Origin: an uncultured Solibacteraceae bacterium
Lineage (GTDB): Bacteria; Acidobacteriota; Terriglobia; Bryobacterales; Bryobacteraceae
DNA: 64,000 nt
NCBI GenBank assembly: GCA_964460395.1
Contig: CAYWQS010000007.1
Location: 11,135 to 75,134 of the forward strand
Direction: 5' to 3'
Both the position numbers and the translations under genes were made by a program. Of this stretch, positions 34,143 to 46,139 are shown piece after piece. The first letter of the stretch is position 1. Every line of letters begins with the position of its first letter. The notes under the pieces are model-generated. The model searched no databases. It saw nothing but the letters and a program-made list of their open reading frames with translations, and was not told the origin of the DNA.

Positions 34143-35200
34143 GGGAGGGACACGCATGCGATCTCCGTTCTGTCTTCACACAGGAAGACGCGAAACTCGT
34201 TGGGCTTATGGCGGGCCGTCCAGGCCCGGCCTTGAATGAAAAAGGGTTTGGTCCAGGCTTCGCTGTCCAGCGTCCGGGGAGCGAATACCGAAACGCTCAG
34301 CATGCCCCGCGCGGGCATGCCCGTCCGCGGGTCCATGATATGGCTGTAGGTCGTGCCTCCGGCGACAAAAAACTTCTCCGCCGTTCCAGAAGTGGACATC
34401 GATTCGTTTCGAAGGAAAAACTCGCCCGCGCTCTGGCGGGGCTGGCGAGGGTTCGGGAGTGTCACCCGCCACCCGCGAGGTTCGTTCGGCGGGGCGCCCA
34501 GAGCGTAGATGCTTGACCGGCCGGCGCTGATCAGCCCCGACTGGATGCCGCGTGCCCGCAAAATCGCCACCATCCTGTCCACCGCGTAGCCTTTGCCGAT
34601 GCCGCCTGGGTCCATCTCGATCTGCCGCGTGAACCGGACCGTCCGTGTTGCCGGATCCAACTGTATGTGCTGGTAGCCCATCCGCCCCAACGCCGCGCGA
34701 ATTTCAGCTCGATGCGGGATGCGGCCTGAACCCTTGTAGAAGCCCCAGATCTTCATCAGCGGACCCACTGTTATGTCGAATGCACCTTCGCTCCGGCGGC
34801 TGTAGTTCAGACAGGCCGTCAACAATTGAAACATCTCCTCGGAAACCGGCACGGCCCGTTGATACGCCTCGCGGTTCACCCGGCTCCATTCGCTCTCAGG
34901 CCGGTAATTCGAGAGCAGTTCATCCAGGCGCTTCACCTCTTCGAAGGCGTCGTCAACGGCCGACTCGAGGGAGAAGCGGTCCGATCCGTACAGGGCCACC
35001 GTATACGTCGTCCCCATCGCATCCATGGACCGCTCGAAGCGAACTTCGGGCGCTGCCGGAACCGGCGGAGCGGAGGACCGCCCCGTCGCTAAGAACGAAA
35101 TTAGCACAGTAAGTCCAAGCAGGTAGGGGATTTTCACGGCAGGACGGCACAATGAAGCTCTATTTTTCGATGGGGAATGGGTCATTGCCGTGCCGTTCAC
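34139..35200 (-). CDS. apbE: FAD:protein FMN transferase (ApbE family)
   Basis: MGTTYTVALYG, AFDITVGPLMKIWGF and DPGGIGKGYAVDRMV motifs, with a signal/anchor N-terminus. Confidence 0.85.
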   Translation of the reverse strand: MNGTAMTHSPSKNRASLCRPAVKIPYLLGLTVLISFLATGRSSAPPVPAAPEVRFERSMDAMGTTYTVALYGSDRFSLESAVDDAFEEVKRLDELLSNYRPESEWSRVNREAYQRAVPVSEEMFQLLTACLNYSRRSEGAFDITVGPLMKIWGFYKGSGRIPHRAEIRAALGRMGYQHIQLDPATRTVRFTRQIEMDPGGIGKGYAVDRMVAILRARGIQSGLISAGRSSIYALGAPPNEPRGWRVTLPNPRQPRQSAGEFFLRNESMSTSGTAEKFFVAGGTTYSHIMDPRTGMPARGMLSVSVFAPRTLDSEAWTKPFFIQGRAWTARHKPNEFRVFLCEDRTEIACVSLP

Positions 35201-35562
35201 TCTACTTCGGGCTTGGGCCGGCCACGACGGGTGCGGCGAAGCAGTTTCGCCAAGGCCGCCCCACCCGCCAACTCCGCAGCAGGGCGGAACCTCAATTCAG
35301 GCATGCGATGGAGTTCCATCCTCTCCATCAGGCGGCGGCGGAGGAAGAATCGGGCGCTTTCAAGGCCCAGTAACGCCTCGGCGCGAGCCTCTGCCTCGTC
35401 AGGGAGCGAAACGAGGACGTCTGCTTTCCTAAGGTCTTGGGCAACAATAACTTCCGTTACGTCAACACCGGCCAGACGGGGGTCTGAACTCTCGAACCGG
35501 ACCAGTTCGGAGAGCTCCTCGCGCATCGTCTCGGAAACTCGGCGCGTCCGTAGCGGATCCAC
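35197..35562 (-). CDS. rbfA: Ribosome-binding factor A
   Basis: RTRRVSETMREELSELVRFESSDPRLAGVDVTEVIVAQDLRKADVLVS. GTG at 35562 gives a ~121-aa product. The longer ORF to 35886 runs into the upstream gene. The stop overlaps the apbE start by 4 nt. Confidence 0.8.
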   Translation of the reverse strand: MDPLRTRRVSETMREELSELVRFESSDPRLAGVDVTEVIVAQDLRKADVLVSLPDEAEARAEALLGLESARFFLRRRLMERMELHRMPELRFRPAAELAGGAALAKLLRRTRRGRPKPEVE

Positions 35563-35654
35563 GTTTTTATTGTAGAAACACAGACGCACCCGCCGGGGGA
35601 AAATCGCATCCTGATACCCCAAATTTCTGAAACGACAGGCTAAGCCAAATCGAA

Positions 35655-36779
35655 TCAGAGCTTCAGGTACCAGCGGCGGCGGTGCAGGAACCAGCCAACC
35701 AACCCGAGGGCGAAGACATTGAGAAGAGCGTATGCCAGTGAGGCGTTCACCGGTGTGAGGAAAGCACCGAAAACGTCCTCCGTGAGAATCGCCTTCCAAG
35801 TTTTCCCTCCCCTGTAAAGCATGGTCATGATGTCTGCGACAAACCCGGAAAGCAGGTAAAGAAGAATCGCGTTCATGCCCATCCACTCCACAGGGCGGAG
35901 CCAGCCCAAGGAAAACCGGCGGATGTCAGCCAGCCAATACCAGGCGGCAAGGCAGAGGAAAGCCAGCCCGCCCATGAAAAGCGAAAAGGGCACTGTCCAG
36001 ATGTTCTTGTTGATGGGCTGGAAAGGGTGCAGCGCCAGGCCGGCCAACGTCAGTGCGGCCCCTCCGGCCAGCAAGGCCCGGAGCCGGATTCCGGGCGTCC
36101 AGTTGGTTTGCAGCACGCGCCCCGCAAATGCCCCGAGCAACACAGTCCCGATCGCAGGCAGGGTGCTCCAGATTCCTTCGGGATCCCACACTTTGGTCTG
36201 AGACCACATGTGGCCCGTCAGGACCAGGCTGTCGAGGTACTGCGCGAAGTTCCCCACGGGCTCCAGGACGCCCGCGCCATGCCCTGGCACGGGGTAGAAC
36301 GACATGCAGGCCCAGTAGACCGCGTACAGCGAGAACAGGGCGGCGATCTGGCCCCGCAAGCCGGTAAAAAGCACAACCAGCACTGCCACCAGATAACAAA
36401 TGGCAATCCGCTGCAAAACACCCGGAATCCGGATCGTCGACCAGTTGTAGTTCGGGAATGGCGAGGCCAGGAATCCGATCACAAACAGCAGAACCGCCCG
36501 CCGGAACGCGTGCGCCAGCAATTGGCCGCGATCCTCGCCCCGGCTCACCCGTTTGGCGGTGGATAACATCATGGCGGCGCCCACAATCCACAAGAAAAAT
36601 GGGAATACCGTGTCGGTGAATGTCCAGCCATGCCACTTGGCGTGCAATAACGGCGGATAGACATGCTCCCAGGAGCCAGGGTTGTTCACCAGGATCATTG
36701 ACGCGATGGTGGCGCCGCGGAAAAGATCCAGCGAGCGCAGCCGTTCCGGAACAGCAGGCATGACGACAGAGGCTACCAT
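35655..36779 (-). CDS. Integral membrane acyltransferase-like protein (DUF5009/DUF1624, heparan-alpha-glucosaminide N-acetyltransferase-like)
   Basis: RLRSLDLFRGATIASMILVNNPGSWEHVYPPLLHAKWHGWTFTDTVFPFFLWIVG, multi-pass membrane protein. Confidence 0.7.
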   Translation of the reverse strand: MVASVVMPAVPERLRSLDLFRGATIASMILVNNPGSWEHVYPPLLHAKWHGWTFTDTVFPFFLWIVGAAMMLSTAKRVSRGEDRGQLLAHAFRRAVLLFVIGFLASPFPNYNWSTIRIPGVLQRIAICYLVAVLVVLFTGLRGQIAALFSLYAVYWACMSFYPVPGHGAGVLEPVGNFAQYLDSLVLTGHMWSQTKVWDPEGIWSTLPAIGTVLLGAFAGRVLQTNWTPGIRLRALLAGGAALTLAGLALHPFQPINKNIWTVPFSLFMGGLAFLCLAAWYWLADIRRFSLGWLRPVEWMGMNAILLYLLSGFVADIMTMLYRGGKTWKAILTEDVFGAFLTPVNASLAYALLNVFALGLVGWFLHRRRWYLKL

Positions 36780-36805
36780 AACGGCTGTATCATTCGGAGA
36801 TCCGC

Positions 36806-38680
36806 ATGCAGATTACGTCCTCATTCTTGGCTACCCTCCCCTTTCTCTTCTTCTCGCTTTCCGCCTCCGCCCAAACATCTCTCCGCGAGGCTTACGCGCA
36901 GGACAATTTTACGGTCCGGGTCGAAATGGTCCCCATGCGCGACGGCGTCAAACTCCGCACGATTCTTCTGACGCCCCGGAATGCCGCCGGGCCGTTGCCC
37001 GTCCTTCTCGAGCGCACGCCCTATGACGCTTCGCGGATCCTCGGCGGGCGCGCCTCCACCCAACTCGGCATCGTCCTCGGCCCCAAGTACCTGGGCGACG
37101 GCTACATCTATGCTGCCCAGGACATCCGCGGTCGCTTCGGTTCCGAGGGCGATTACGCCATGTACCGTGTCCCTCGCGGGCAGTTCAACCGGACCCCCAC
37201 CGACGAAACAACCGACGCCTGGGACACCCTCGACTGGCTTGCGAAGAACACCAGAAACAACGGAAAGATCGGGGTCTGGGGCACCTCTTACCCAGGCTGG
37301 CTCACCCTCGCCGCCATGCGCGACCCTCATCCCGCGCTCGCCGCCACCGTGCCCTTCAACCCCGTCGTCGACGTCTGGAAAGCGGACGACTGGTTCCACT
37401 GGGGCGCCTTCCGCCCCATTTACGCCTTCGAATTCATCTACTCCATGGAGTCCCGCAAGGGCGCATCCACTCCTTATCCCTTCGAAGTCCGCGACCTCTA
37501 CAAATGGATGCTTGCTCTGGGCGCCGCCGGTACCGGGCTGGGCCCCCGTCTCGATGCGCGTCACGAAATGTGGCAGCGCCTCATGGACAACCCCGCCTAC
37601 GGCCCTTACTGGCGCGATTGCGCCGCCGACCAGTGGTTCGATGCGCCAACCCGCCTCGTCCCGGCGCTGCATGTCCACGGTTTCTGGGACCAGGAAGACA
37701 TCTATGGCGCGCCTGCCGTCTATGCCGCGCTGGAAAAACACGACCGGGCCAACGACCGCAACTTTTTCGCCGCCGGCCCCTGGTATCACGGCCAGCACTT
37801 CGACGACGGCAGCCACCTCGGCCCCATCACCTTTGATGAGGACACCGCCAAACGTTTCCGCGAGGATGTCCTCGCCCCCTTTCTGGAGAGGTTCCTGCAG
37901 GGAAAAGACGTGCCCGCGCCCAGCCCGGTCACCGTCTTCGAAACCGGCGCCAACCGCTGGCGGAAGTTCACCCAGTGGCCCCCTGCCGGCCGGGCGCTCG
38001 ACATCTACCTCCACCCCGCCGGCAAAATCTCCTACCAACCACCCTCAGGCGCGACAGCCTTCACCGAATACGTCTCCGACCCCGCCAAGCCCGTCCCTCA
38101 TTCGCCCCGTCCGCAATTCGGCTACGACTACGGGGTTCCCCTCATCATCTCCGCCTGGCGGCGGTGGTTGGTCGAGGATCAACGCTTCGCCGATGGCCGC
38201 CCGGACGTCGCCACCTGGGAGAGCGAACCCTTGGCCGCACCCCTGACGTTGCGTGGCCCAGTCACCGTGAAACTCTACGCCGAAACCACCGGTTCCGACG
38301 CCGATTGGGTGGTCAAATTCATCGATGCCTACCCGGATGACGCTTCACCCCTCGAAATGTCCGGCTACCAGTGGATGATCTCCGCCGACATCTTCCGCGG
38401 CCGCTACCGGGAATCTCTGGAACAGGGCCGCCCCCTCGCTCCCAACCAGATTCTCGAGTACACCATCCAATTGCCCCATCTCAACCACACCCTGCTCCCC
38501 GGCCACCGCCTGATGGTCCAGGTTCAAAGCTCCTGGTTCCCGCTCTACGACCGGAACCCCCAAACGTTCGTCCCCTCCATCATGTTCGCGCCGCCTGAGT
38601 CCTATAAGGCGCAGCGCCACCGGATCCACCACTCCGCCCAACACCCGACGCGCCTCTCATTGCAAACTTCTACCCGGTAA
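36806..38680 (+). CDS. CocE/NonD family hydrolase (X-Pro dipeptidyl-peptidase S15 family), secreted
   Basis: Signal peptide, VEMVPMRDGVKLRT, GKIGVWGTSYPGW nucleophile region, and a C-terminal beta-sandwich (RLMVQVQSSWFPLYDRNPQ). Confidence 0.85.
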   Translation: MQITSSFLATLPFLFFSLSASAQTSLREAYAQDNFTVRVEMVPMRDGVKLRTILLTPRNAAGPLPVLLERTPYDASRILGGRASTQLGIVLGPKYLGDGYIYAAQDIRGRFGSEGDYAMYRVPRGQFNRTPTDETTDAWDTLDWLAKNTRNNGKIGVWGTSYPGWLTLAAMRDPHPALAATVPFNPVVDVWKADDWFHWGAFRPIYAFEFIYSMESRKGASTPYPFEVRDLYKWMLALGAAGTGLGPRLDARHEMWQRLMDNPAYGPYWRDCAADQWFDAPTRLVPALHVHGFWDQEDIYGAPAVYAALEKHDRANDRNFFAAGPWYHGQHFDDGSHLGPITFDEDTAKRFREDVLAPFLERFLQGKDVPAPSPVTVFETGANRWRKFTQWPPAGRALDIYLHPAGKISYQPPSGATAFTEYVSDPAKPVPHSPRPQFGYDYGVPLIISAWRRWLVEDQRFADGRPDVATWESEPLAAPLTLRGPVTVKLYAETTGSDADWVVKFIDAYPDDASPLEMSGYQWMISADIFRGRYRESLEQGRPLAPNQILEYTIQLPHLNHTLLPGHRLMVQVQSSWFPLYDRNPQTFVPSIMFAPPESYKAQRHRIHHSAQHPTRLSLQTSTR

Positions 38681-38767
38681 TCCCGCCAGCGCCGGTCTCG
38701 CTCCATGGCCTTGCAAGACGGGGCGCATCCTGCTCTGCAGACCATGGCGCTTGGCCACTCTGTTTAT

Positions 38768-38980
38768 TCAAAGGACCCGCGGCAGACCGGACTGCCGGAT
38801 GATGCTCAACAGAGTACCGGCGCCGACGGCATCGTGGAGCGGAACCGGAACCGTAATGGTTGTCCCCTCTGTCCGCTTTTGCATGATACGGTGACTGCCG
38901 CGCTGGCGCGCCGCGAGGAAACCGTGTTGTTCGCGAATCTGGCAAATCTCCAGGCCTGACAGGACCCGAAGCTTACCCAA
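38768..38980 (-). CDS. hicA: HicA-family mRNA interferase toxin
   Basis: 70 aa. LSGLEICQIREQHGFLAARQRGSHRIMQK...TITVPVPLHDAVGAGTLLSIIRQSGL matches the YcfA/HicA pattern. Overlaps upstream hicB by 8 nt. Confidence 0.8.
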   Translation of the reverse strand: MGKLRVLSGLEICQIREQHGFLAARQRGSHRIMQKRTEGTTITVPVPLHDAVGAGTLLSIIRQSGLPRVL

Positions 38981-39200
38981 CCGGCGCCTCGACTTGCGTC
39001 ACCAGGACCTCGCCATGGCACCGCCGCGCCACCTCGGACGCGTCCGCAGTCTCGAAAAACAAAGTCAGGGCTTCCACGAGGTTCGCACGGGCTTCTTCGA
39101 TCGATGCGCCTTGGCTGGCGATATCGAGTTCCGGACACAACGAGACGAATCCATCACCTTCCCGCTCGATGATGGCTGTCAGGCGCTGCGTACCTTGCAT
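38973..39200 (-). CDS. hicB: HicB-family antitoxin (UPF0150 fold only)
   Basis: 75 aa. LTAIIEREGDGFVSLCPELDIASQGASIEEARANLVEALTLFFE. Confidence 0.75.
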   Translation of the reverse strand: MQGTQRLTAIIEREGDGFVSLCPELDIASQGASIEEARANLVEALTLFFETADASEVARRCHGEVLVTQVEAPVG

Positions 39201-39458
39201 GCGTTGAGTCTACACGAGGCTCGTCTGACGCATGGCCGGCCATAGACTTGCGTGCCTGCCTCGCAAGTCCTCAATCAGTCGTTCCTCTTCCCATCCCGAT
39301 GATCACAAGACGCCCCAGTGGCATGAAAACGAGTTGCCAAATGGCGAAAGACCCTGAATTGTCACAGTTGGACAGGTGTACGTGTCTCTTGATGAACGGG
39401 ACCACCGTGAACCGTGGTCATGGAGTGGCAGTCCCGCTGCGTTCATTGAGGATTTGCG

Positions 39459-39700
39459 CTACTCGATGAGTTGAATAGACGGCCACGAAAGGAACTCCGA
39501 TGCCTTGGTGGAGGCGAATCTGGCGTGACTCGGGCAGTCCACTTCCTGAACGCCTGCGGGCCGCCCTGCCTGCTTCGCTGCACGTCGAGCCTCTTTGAAT
39601 CCGGCAGGGAAAAGGCATAGATGGGGATCCGGTCGCGCACGTTTCTGAACCACCGGACTGAAAGGACGGGCTATCCTTCCCACTCCAGCCCGATTTATTC
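39459..39700 (-). pseudogene. Possible decayed tyrosine-recombinase (integrase) remnant
   Basis: The minus-frame tail LFPAGFKEARRAAKQAGRPAGVQEVDCPSHARFASTKASEFLSWPSIQLIE* loosely follows the integrase pattern (LFP...kkAG...tpH-LRHtFAs...iq.lLGH) but lacks the catalytic Tyr region. It lies in a 570-bp non-coding, lower-GC stretch. Weak evidence. Confidence 0.2.
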
Positions 39701-39771
39701 TCCCCGTTCCTTCAACCACATAGCCGCTACCCTGCCGCCACCCGCCGCCTGGCCCTCCGAACCCCTCCCTC

Positions 39772-40440
39772 ATGACCACTCCCAATCTCAATCCCGTGGC
39801 GCCCGATGCCGGCGAAGACCTGGATGCCGCCGGCCCCCCGCGCAAATGCTTCTACCCCTCCCTCTGCGCCCTGCCCGAACCTCAGTTCAAAATCTTTGAA
39901 CTCTTCCGCGACCACTACACCCTCACCTGGCGCCGCTTCCCCCACCCTGAACTTGACCGCCGCATCGAAGAACTCGCCTTCACCGACTTCCGCCGCGACC
40001 GCATCCGCTGCGCCATCCTCGCCCTCGAACACCGCCACACCGAACGCGCCCGCGAATCCTTCGGCGAACCCGCCCCGCCTCCCTACTCCCCCATCGTCGA
40101 AGGTATGCTCCTCGGCGAAGCCCACCTCCGCGATCACGTCGACCACCAGCAACTCCAGCGCCTCTACGCCCTCGAACGCTCCTTCACCCGCACCCTCCGT
40201 TCCCTCGAGCGCGACCTCGCCGCCTTCATCACCCTCCTCGAACAAAGCCTCCTCCCCGCATCCGAACCCGCCCCCGAACCCGAAACGGCAAAATTACAAA
40301 ACGAACCCAATTCCACTCCCCGCAATGCCCCCTGCCCCTGCGGCTCCGGCCGCAAAACCAAACGCTGCTGCGGGAAACACCTCCCGCCGGTCCTCGGCCC
40401 TAGCCCCAAAACGGCTTCACCTGCCGCGCCCGACCTCTAA
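39772..40440 (+). CDS. Hypothetical protein with C-terminal SEC-C metal-binding motif
   Basis: 222 aa. PCPCGSGRKTKRCCG near the C-terminus; the N-terminal ~180 aa are not recognised. Confidence 0.6.
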   Translation: MTTPNLNPVAPDAGEDLDAAGPPRKCFYPSLCALPEPQFKIFELFRDHYTLTWRRFPHPELDRRIEELAFTDFRRDRIRCAILALEHRHTERARESFGEPAPPPYSPIVEGMLLGEAHLRDHVDHQQLQRLYALERSFTRTLRSLERDLAAFITLLEQSLLPASEPAPEPETAKLQNEPNSTPRNAPCPCGSGRKTKRCCGKHLPPVLGPSPKTASPAAPDL

Positions 40441-40476
40441 AGAGGGCACTCAAACCCCAGGCGATCCCCGTTATGA

Positions 40477-40512
40477 TTGATAGTTGACAACGAGACGCTA
40501 ATATTTAATACT
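40477..40512 (+). promoter_or_regulatory. Sigma-70-like promoter candidates for dnaK operon
   Basis: An AT-rich patch in GC-rich DNA. Two readings fit: TTGATA (40477-82)-N16-TAATAT (40499-504), and TTGACA (40484-89)-N17-AATACT (40507-12). It lies about 65-100 nt upstream of the dnaK ATG, with an AAGAGGA RBS at 40558. Confidence 0.45.
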
Positions 40513-40575
40513 AATGACAGGCGCATTTGAGCCGCCGTCACTTCCTATCGGCAACCAAAGAGGATAGCAGGCATT

Positions 40576-42492
<1,917 letters not shown>

Positions 42493-42526
42493 TCCACGCT
42501 GATCGCAAAGGAATTGCGCGCCAGCC

Positions 42527-43687
42527 ATGGCCACCAAACCGCAGGACTACTACCAGACTCTCGGCGTGAAGAAGAACGCCTCCGCGGATGACCTCCGCAA
42601 GGCCTACCGCCGTCTGGCGCGCAAATTCCACCCCGATCTCAACCCCGGCGACAAAACCGCGGAAGAGAAATTCAAGCAGGTCCAGGAAGCCTACGACGTC
42701 CTGAGCGATACCAAGAAGCGACAGATGTACGACCAGTTCGGTTTCTACTCTGAACAAGGCTTCCCCGGCGCCTCGTCCGGCCCACCCCCCGGCAGCGGCG
42801 GCTTTGGCTTTGGCGGGTTCGACTTTTCGGATTTCACCGAACACATGGGCCGCGGCGCCGGCGGTGGCGCCTTCTCCGATCTCTTCAGCCAGTTCTTCGG
42901 CCGGGGAGAGTCCGCCCATCAGGCGCCCCGCCAGCCCTCCCCTGAGCGCGGAGCCGATCTCGAATACGCCCTCGCCATCGATTTCTGGCAGGCCATCCGC
43001 GGCACCCAGGTTCGCCTGAACATCCACCGCCTGGATCTTTGTACAGCTTGCTCCGGCACCGGAGCCCAGGGCGGCGCCACCATGACCTGCCCGCAGTGCA
43101 ACGGCTCCGGCAATGTCACCCAGATGGCGGGCGCCATGCGCTTCAGTCTCACTTGCTCGCGCTGCGGCGGGTCCGGCCGGCTCCGCAATACCTGTTCTGT
43201 CTGCCGCGGGGAAGGCCGCCGCGCCGCCGACGAGACAGTCGAAGTCCGCATCCCCGCCGGCGCTTCCACCGGTTCGCGCCTCCGTGTCCCCGGCAAAGGC
43301 AATGCCGGTACGCAGGGCGCGCCCGCCGGCGATCTTTTCATCACCGTGCGCGTCGAAGACCACCCTCTCTTCCGCCGCGACGGCGACGACATCTTCCTGC
43401 GCGTCCCGGTCTCCGTCTCCGAAGCCGGGCTCGGCGCCAAAATCGAAGTCCCCACCGTTGATGGCCGCGCTTTGCTGAAAATCCCGCAAGGCACGCAGAG
43501 CGGCCAGAAGTTCCGTTTGCGGGAAAAGGGCGTCTTCAACGCCCGCAAGAATACCCGCGGCGATCAGATCGTCGAAGTCTTTGTCCAGGCCCCCGATGTC
43601 CGCGACGAACGGGCCCGGGATCTCCTCCGCCGCCTGGCTGAAATCGACACCTCCGATCCCCGCGCCGAAATGTGGTCGACAGTATAG
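42527..43687 (+). CDS. dnaJ: Molecular chaperone DnaJ
   Basis: J domain ([36 protein letters not shown]), G/F region, and four CxxCxGxG repeats ([32 protein letters not shown]). Confidence 0.95.
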   Translation: MATKPQDYYQTLGVKKNASADDLRKAYRRLARKFHPDLNPGDKTAEEKFKQVQEAYDVLSDTKKRQMYDQFGFYSEQGFPGASSGPPPGSGGFGFGGFDFSDFTEHMGRGAGGGAFSDLFSQFFGRGESAHQAPRQPSPERGADLEYALAIDFWQAIRGTQVRLNIHRLDLCTACSGTGAQGGATMTCPQCNGSGNVTQMAGAMRFSLTCSRCGGSGRLRNTCSVCRGEGRRAADETVEVRIPAGASTGSRLRVPGKGNAGTQGAPAGDLFITVRVEDHPLFRRDGDDIFLRVPVSVSEAGLGAKIEVPTVDGRALLKIPQGTQSGQKFRLREKGVFNARKNTRGDQIVEVFVQAPDVRDERARDLLRRLAEIDTSDPRAEMWSTV

Positions 43688-43724
43688 GTGCACCGTGGTC
43701 CGAACCAGAGGCAAAGCCGGCTAC

Positions 43725-44081
<357 letters not shown>

Positions 44082-44089
44082 ACCTCCCC

Positions 44090-44893
44090 GTGCCCGAACT
44101 CCCCGAAGCCGAATACATGGTGCAGCGGCTGCGCGAGTACGCCGCCGGCGCCGACATCCGCCGCATCCGCATCCTCCGCCCGGGGTTCCCCGCGCCGCCC
44201 CGTGTCCGTGGCCGCATTGCCGCTTACGGCCGCCGCGCCAAGAATGTCCTCATCCATCTTGAAACCGGGCAGACTCTCCGCATCCAACTCGGCATGACCG
44301 GCCACGTCTACTGGATCCCCCGCGCTGCCGCGCCGCCCCGCTTCACCCGCGTCCTCTTTGAACTCGAAGACGCCTCCGCGATTGCCTTCGAAGACTCGCG
44401 CGTCTTCGGCGCCGTCGAACTCCACCCGACGTCCGCCCTCGAGGAGGTGTTCCGCGATTACGGCCCCGAACCCCTCGACGCCAGCTTCACCTGGCGCGAC
44501 CTGCAATCCTCCGCCGCCCGCGCCAAGGGTCCGATCAAACCCTTCCTGCTCGACCAGTCGCGCATCGCCGGACTCGGCAACATCTGGGCCGCCGAATCCC
44601 TCTTTCGCGCCCGGCTCCACCCTGCCCACCCTGTTTACCAGATCTCCCCGCCTGCTTGGCGCCGCCTCCACGCCGCCATCCGCCGCACCCTCGCCCGCGC
44701 TATCGAAAACACCTTCAAGGTCACATCCCGCCCTGAAGAATTCCCGGACGCGGACCTCCTCTGGCTCAATGTTTATGGCCGCGAAGCCAAACCCTGCCGC
44801 TCCTGCCGCACCCCCATCGCCCGGGAAACTCAGGCCGGCCGCTCCACCTTCTTCTGCCCCCGCTGCCAGCCCGCCGCGCTGAGAGTCCCCTAG
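44090..44893 (+). CDS. mutM: Formamidopyrimidine-DNA glycosylase
   Basis: (M)PELPEAE N-terminus with a GTG start, H2TH region (LLDQSRIAGLGNIWAAESLFRA), and a C-terminal zinc finger CRSC...CPRC. Confidence 0.9.
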   Translation: MPELPEAEYMVQRLREYAAGADIRRIRILRPGFPAPPRVRGRIAAYGRRAKNVLIHLETGQTLRIQLGMTGHVYWIPRAAAPPRFTRVLFELEDASAIAFEDSRVFGAVELHPTSALEEVFRDYGPEPLDASFTWRDLQSSAARAKGPIKPFLLDQSRIAGLGNIWAAESLFRARLHPAHPVYQISPPAWRRLHAAIRRTLARAIENTFKVTSRPEEFPDADLLWLNVYGREAKPCRSCRTPIARETQAGRSTFFCPRCQPAALRVP

Positions 44894-45510
44894 GCTTCGT
44901 CAGCCGGGTTGGGTTGACGGGCGAGATCCTTTGCCGAGGACTCGGCGCCGAGTGGTTCACGGAACGGTTCCACGGAAATGCGACGGTAGGCCACTTCGAG
45001 CACAGTCAAATGGGTTGTGCCGCCCGGAGCCCGAAGCACGACGCGGTCGCCCTCTTCCGACTTCATCAACGCGCGTCCCAGGGGCGACAGCCAACTGATG
45101 TGCTTGCGTTGGAGATCCACCTCGTCGGCGCCCACGATGCTTACGACATGCTCCGTTCCCTCCGCATCGCAATAGCGCACCGTGGCGCCGAAGAAGACTC
45201 TCGTGGCAGCCTGGCCCGTTCGGGGCGCTTCCGGGTCCACCACGACCGCCGCTTCGATGCGCTTCAAGAGAAAGCGAAGCCGCGAATCGATCTGGCGTAA
45301 TCGCCGCTTGCCGTACTGATAATCGGCGTTCTCACTCCGGTCGCCGTTGCTGGCAGCCCACGCCACCACTTCCTTCACCGCCGGGCGTTCCCGGGTGAGC
45401 AGAAACCGGTACTCCTCCTTGAGGCGTTGCAGCCCGCCCGGCGTGATGTAGTTCTTCACCGGCGTTGCTGGCGCGTCCGGCCGTGGTTTTCTTGTGAACC
45501 CTTCCCGCAT
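44890..45510 (-). CDS. greB: Transcription elongation factor GreB-like
   Basis: ITPGGLQRLKEEYRFLL...WAASNGDRSENADYQYGKRRLRQIDSRLRFLLKRIE. ATG 45510 chosen. It carries about 30 extra C-terminal residues relative to the core. Confidence 0.8.
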   Translation of the reverse strand: MREGFTRKPRPDAPATPVKNYITPGGLQRLKEEYRFLLTRERPAVKEVVAWAASNGDRSENADYQYGKRRLRQIDSRLRFLLKRIEAAVVVDPEAPRTGQAATRVFFGATVRYCDAEGTEHVVSIVGADEVDLQRKHISWLSPLGRALMKSEEGDRVVLRAPGGTTHLTVLEVAYRRISVEPFREPLGAESSAKDLARQPNPADEA

Positions 45511-45656
45511 CACCTGGTTCTTCCAGAGAATACCCCATGAGCACCGCAAGGCATCGTGGTGATGGGGGGCCGGCTTCCTGTTTATGGATCGCCGGATCGA
45601 CTCTACCTTGGAATCGAACCATCACGGCATGACGATGATCCAAACACCGTGGTGAA

Positions 45657-45869
45657 TCACGCGGGCAATTCGACTTCGATCTCCCGTAGCATCGAACCGG
45701 GTGAGATGTCGGCTCGGATGGATTCAAGGTAAAGGCGAATTGCTTCCCCGGCGCGCGCCGTGAGTTCGTCAAGCGATCCGCCGGTTACAAGAATGGCCGG
45801 AAGTTCGGGTACGTAGGCGCTGTAGCTGCCAGGTTCACCTTCAATTGCGAGAGAGTAGCTGCGCTTCAT
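45657..45869 (-). CDS. hicB: HicB-family antitoxin (UPF0150 fold only)
   Basis: 70 aa. YSLAIEGEPGSYSAYVPELPAILVTGGSLDELTARAGEAIRLYLE. ATGA overlap with upstream hicA. Confidence 0.75.
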   Translation of the reverse strand: MKRSYSLAIEGEPGSYSAYVPELPAILVTGGSLDELTARAGEAIRLYLESIRADISPGSMLREIEVELPA

Positions 45870-46066
45870 TTATCCGGCTCCTCAATACCAGTTTGCTTCA
45901 GGATCGCGCGCGATGTGCCCAGGCGCACGTCGTCGCCAAGTTTGCCTGATACTACGGTCACCCGTCCGTCTGCGCTTCGATAGATCCGATGATCCCCAGT
46001 GGTCCGTACGTGCCGCCAGCCATGTTGTTCCAGCAGTCGAATCACCTCTCGAACCTTCACTGGCAC
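45866..46066 (-). CDS. hicA: HicA-family mRNA interferase toxin
   Basis: 66 aa. VKVREVIRLLEQHGWRHVRTTGDHRIYRSADGRVTVVSGKLGDDVRLGTSRAILKQTGI. Confidence 0.8.
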   Translation of the reverse strand: MPVKVREVIRLLEQHGWRHVRTTGDHRIYRSADGRVTVVSGKLGDDVRLGTSRAILKQTGIEEPDK

Positions 46067-46139
46067 ATCATCAGTGTAACTTGCTGCACGTGCGGCCGGA
46101 GACGCCGCGATGCGGTAGAAGACACGCGGAAATGCGTGC

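Noticed and set aside
40441-40575. CIRCE (TTAGCACTC-N9-GAGTGCTAA) heat-shock operator upstream of dnaK
   Set aside because: Only GCACTC at 40446-40451 resembles the left arm, and no right arm follows at the required spacing. The presence of hspR rather than hrcA also argues against CIRCE control.
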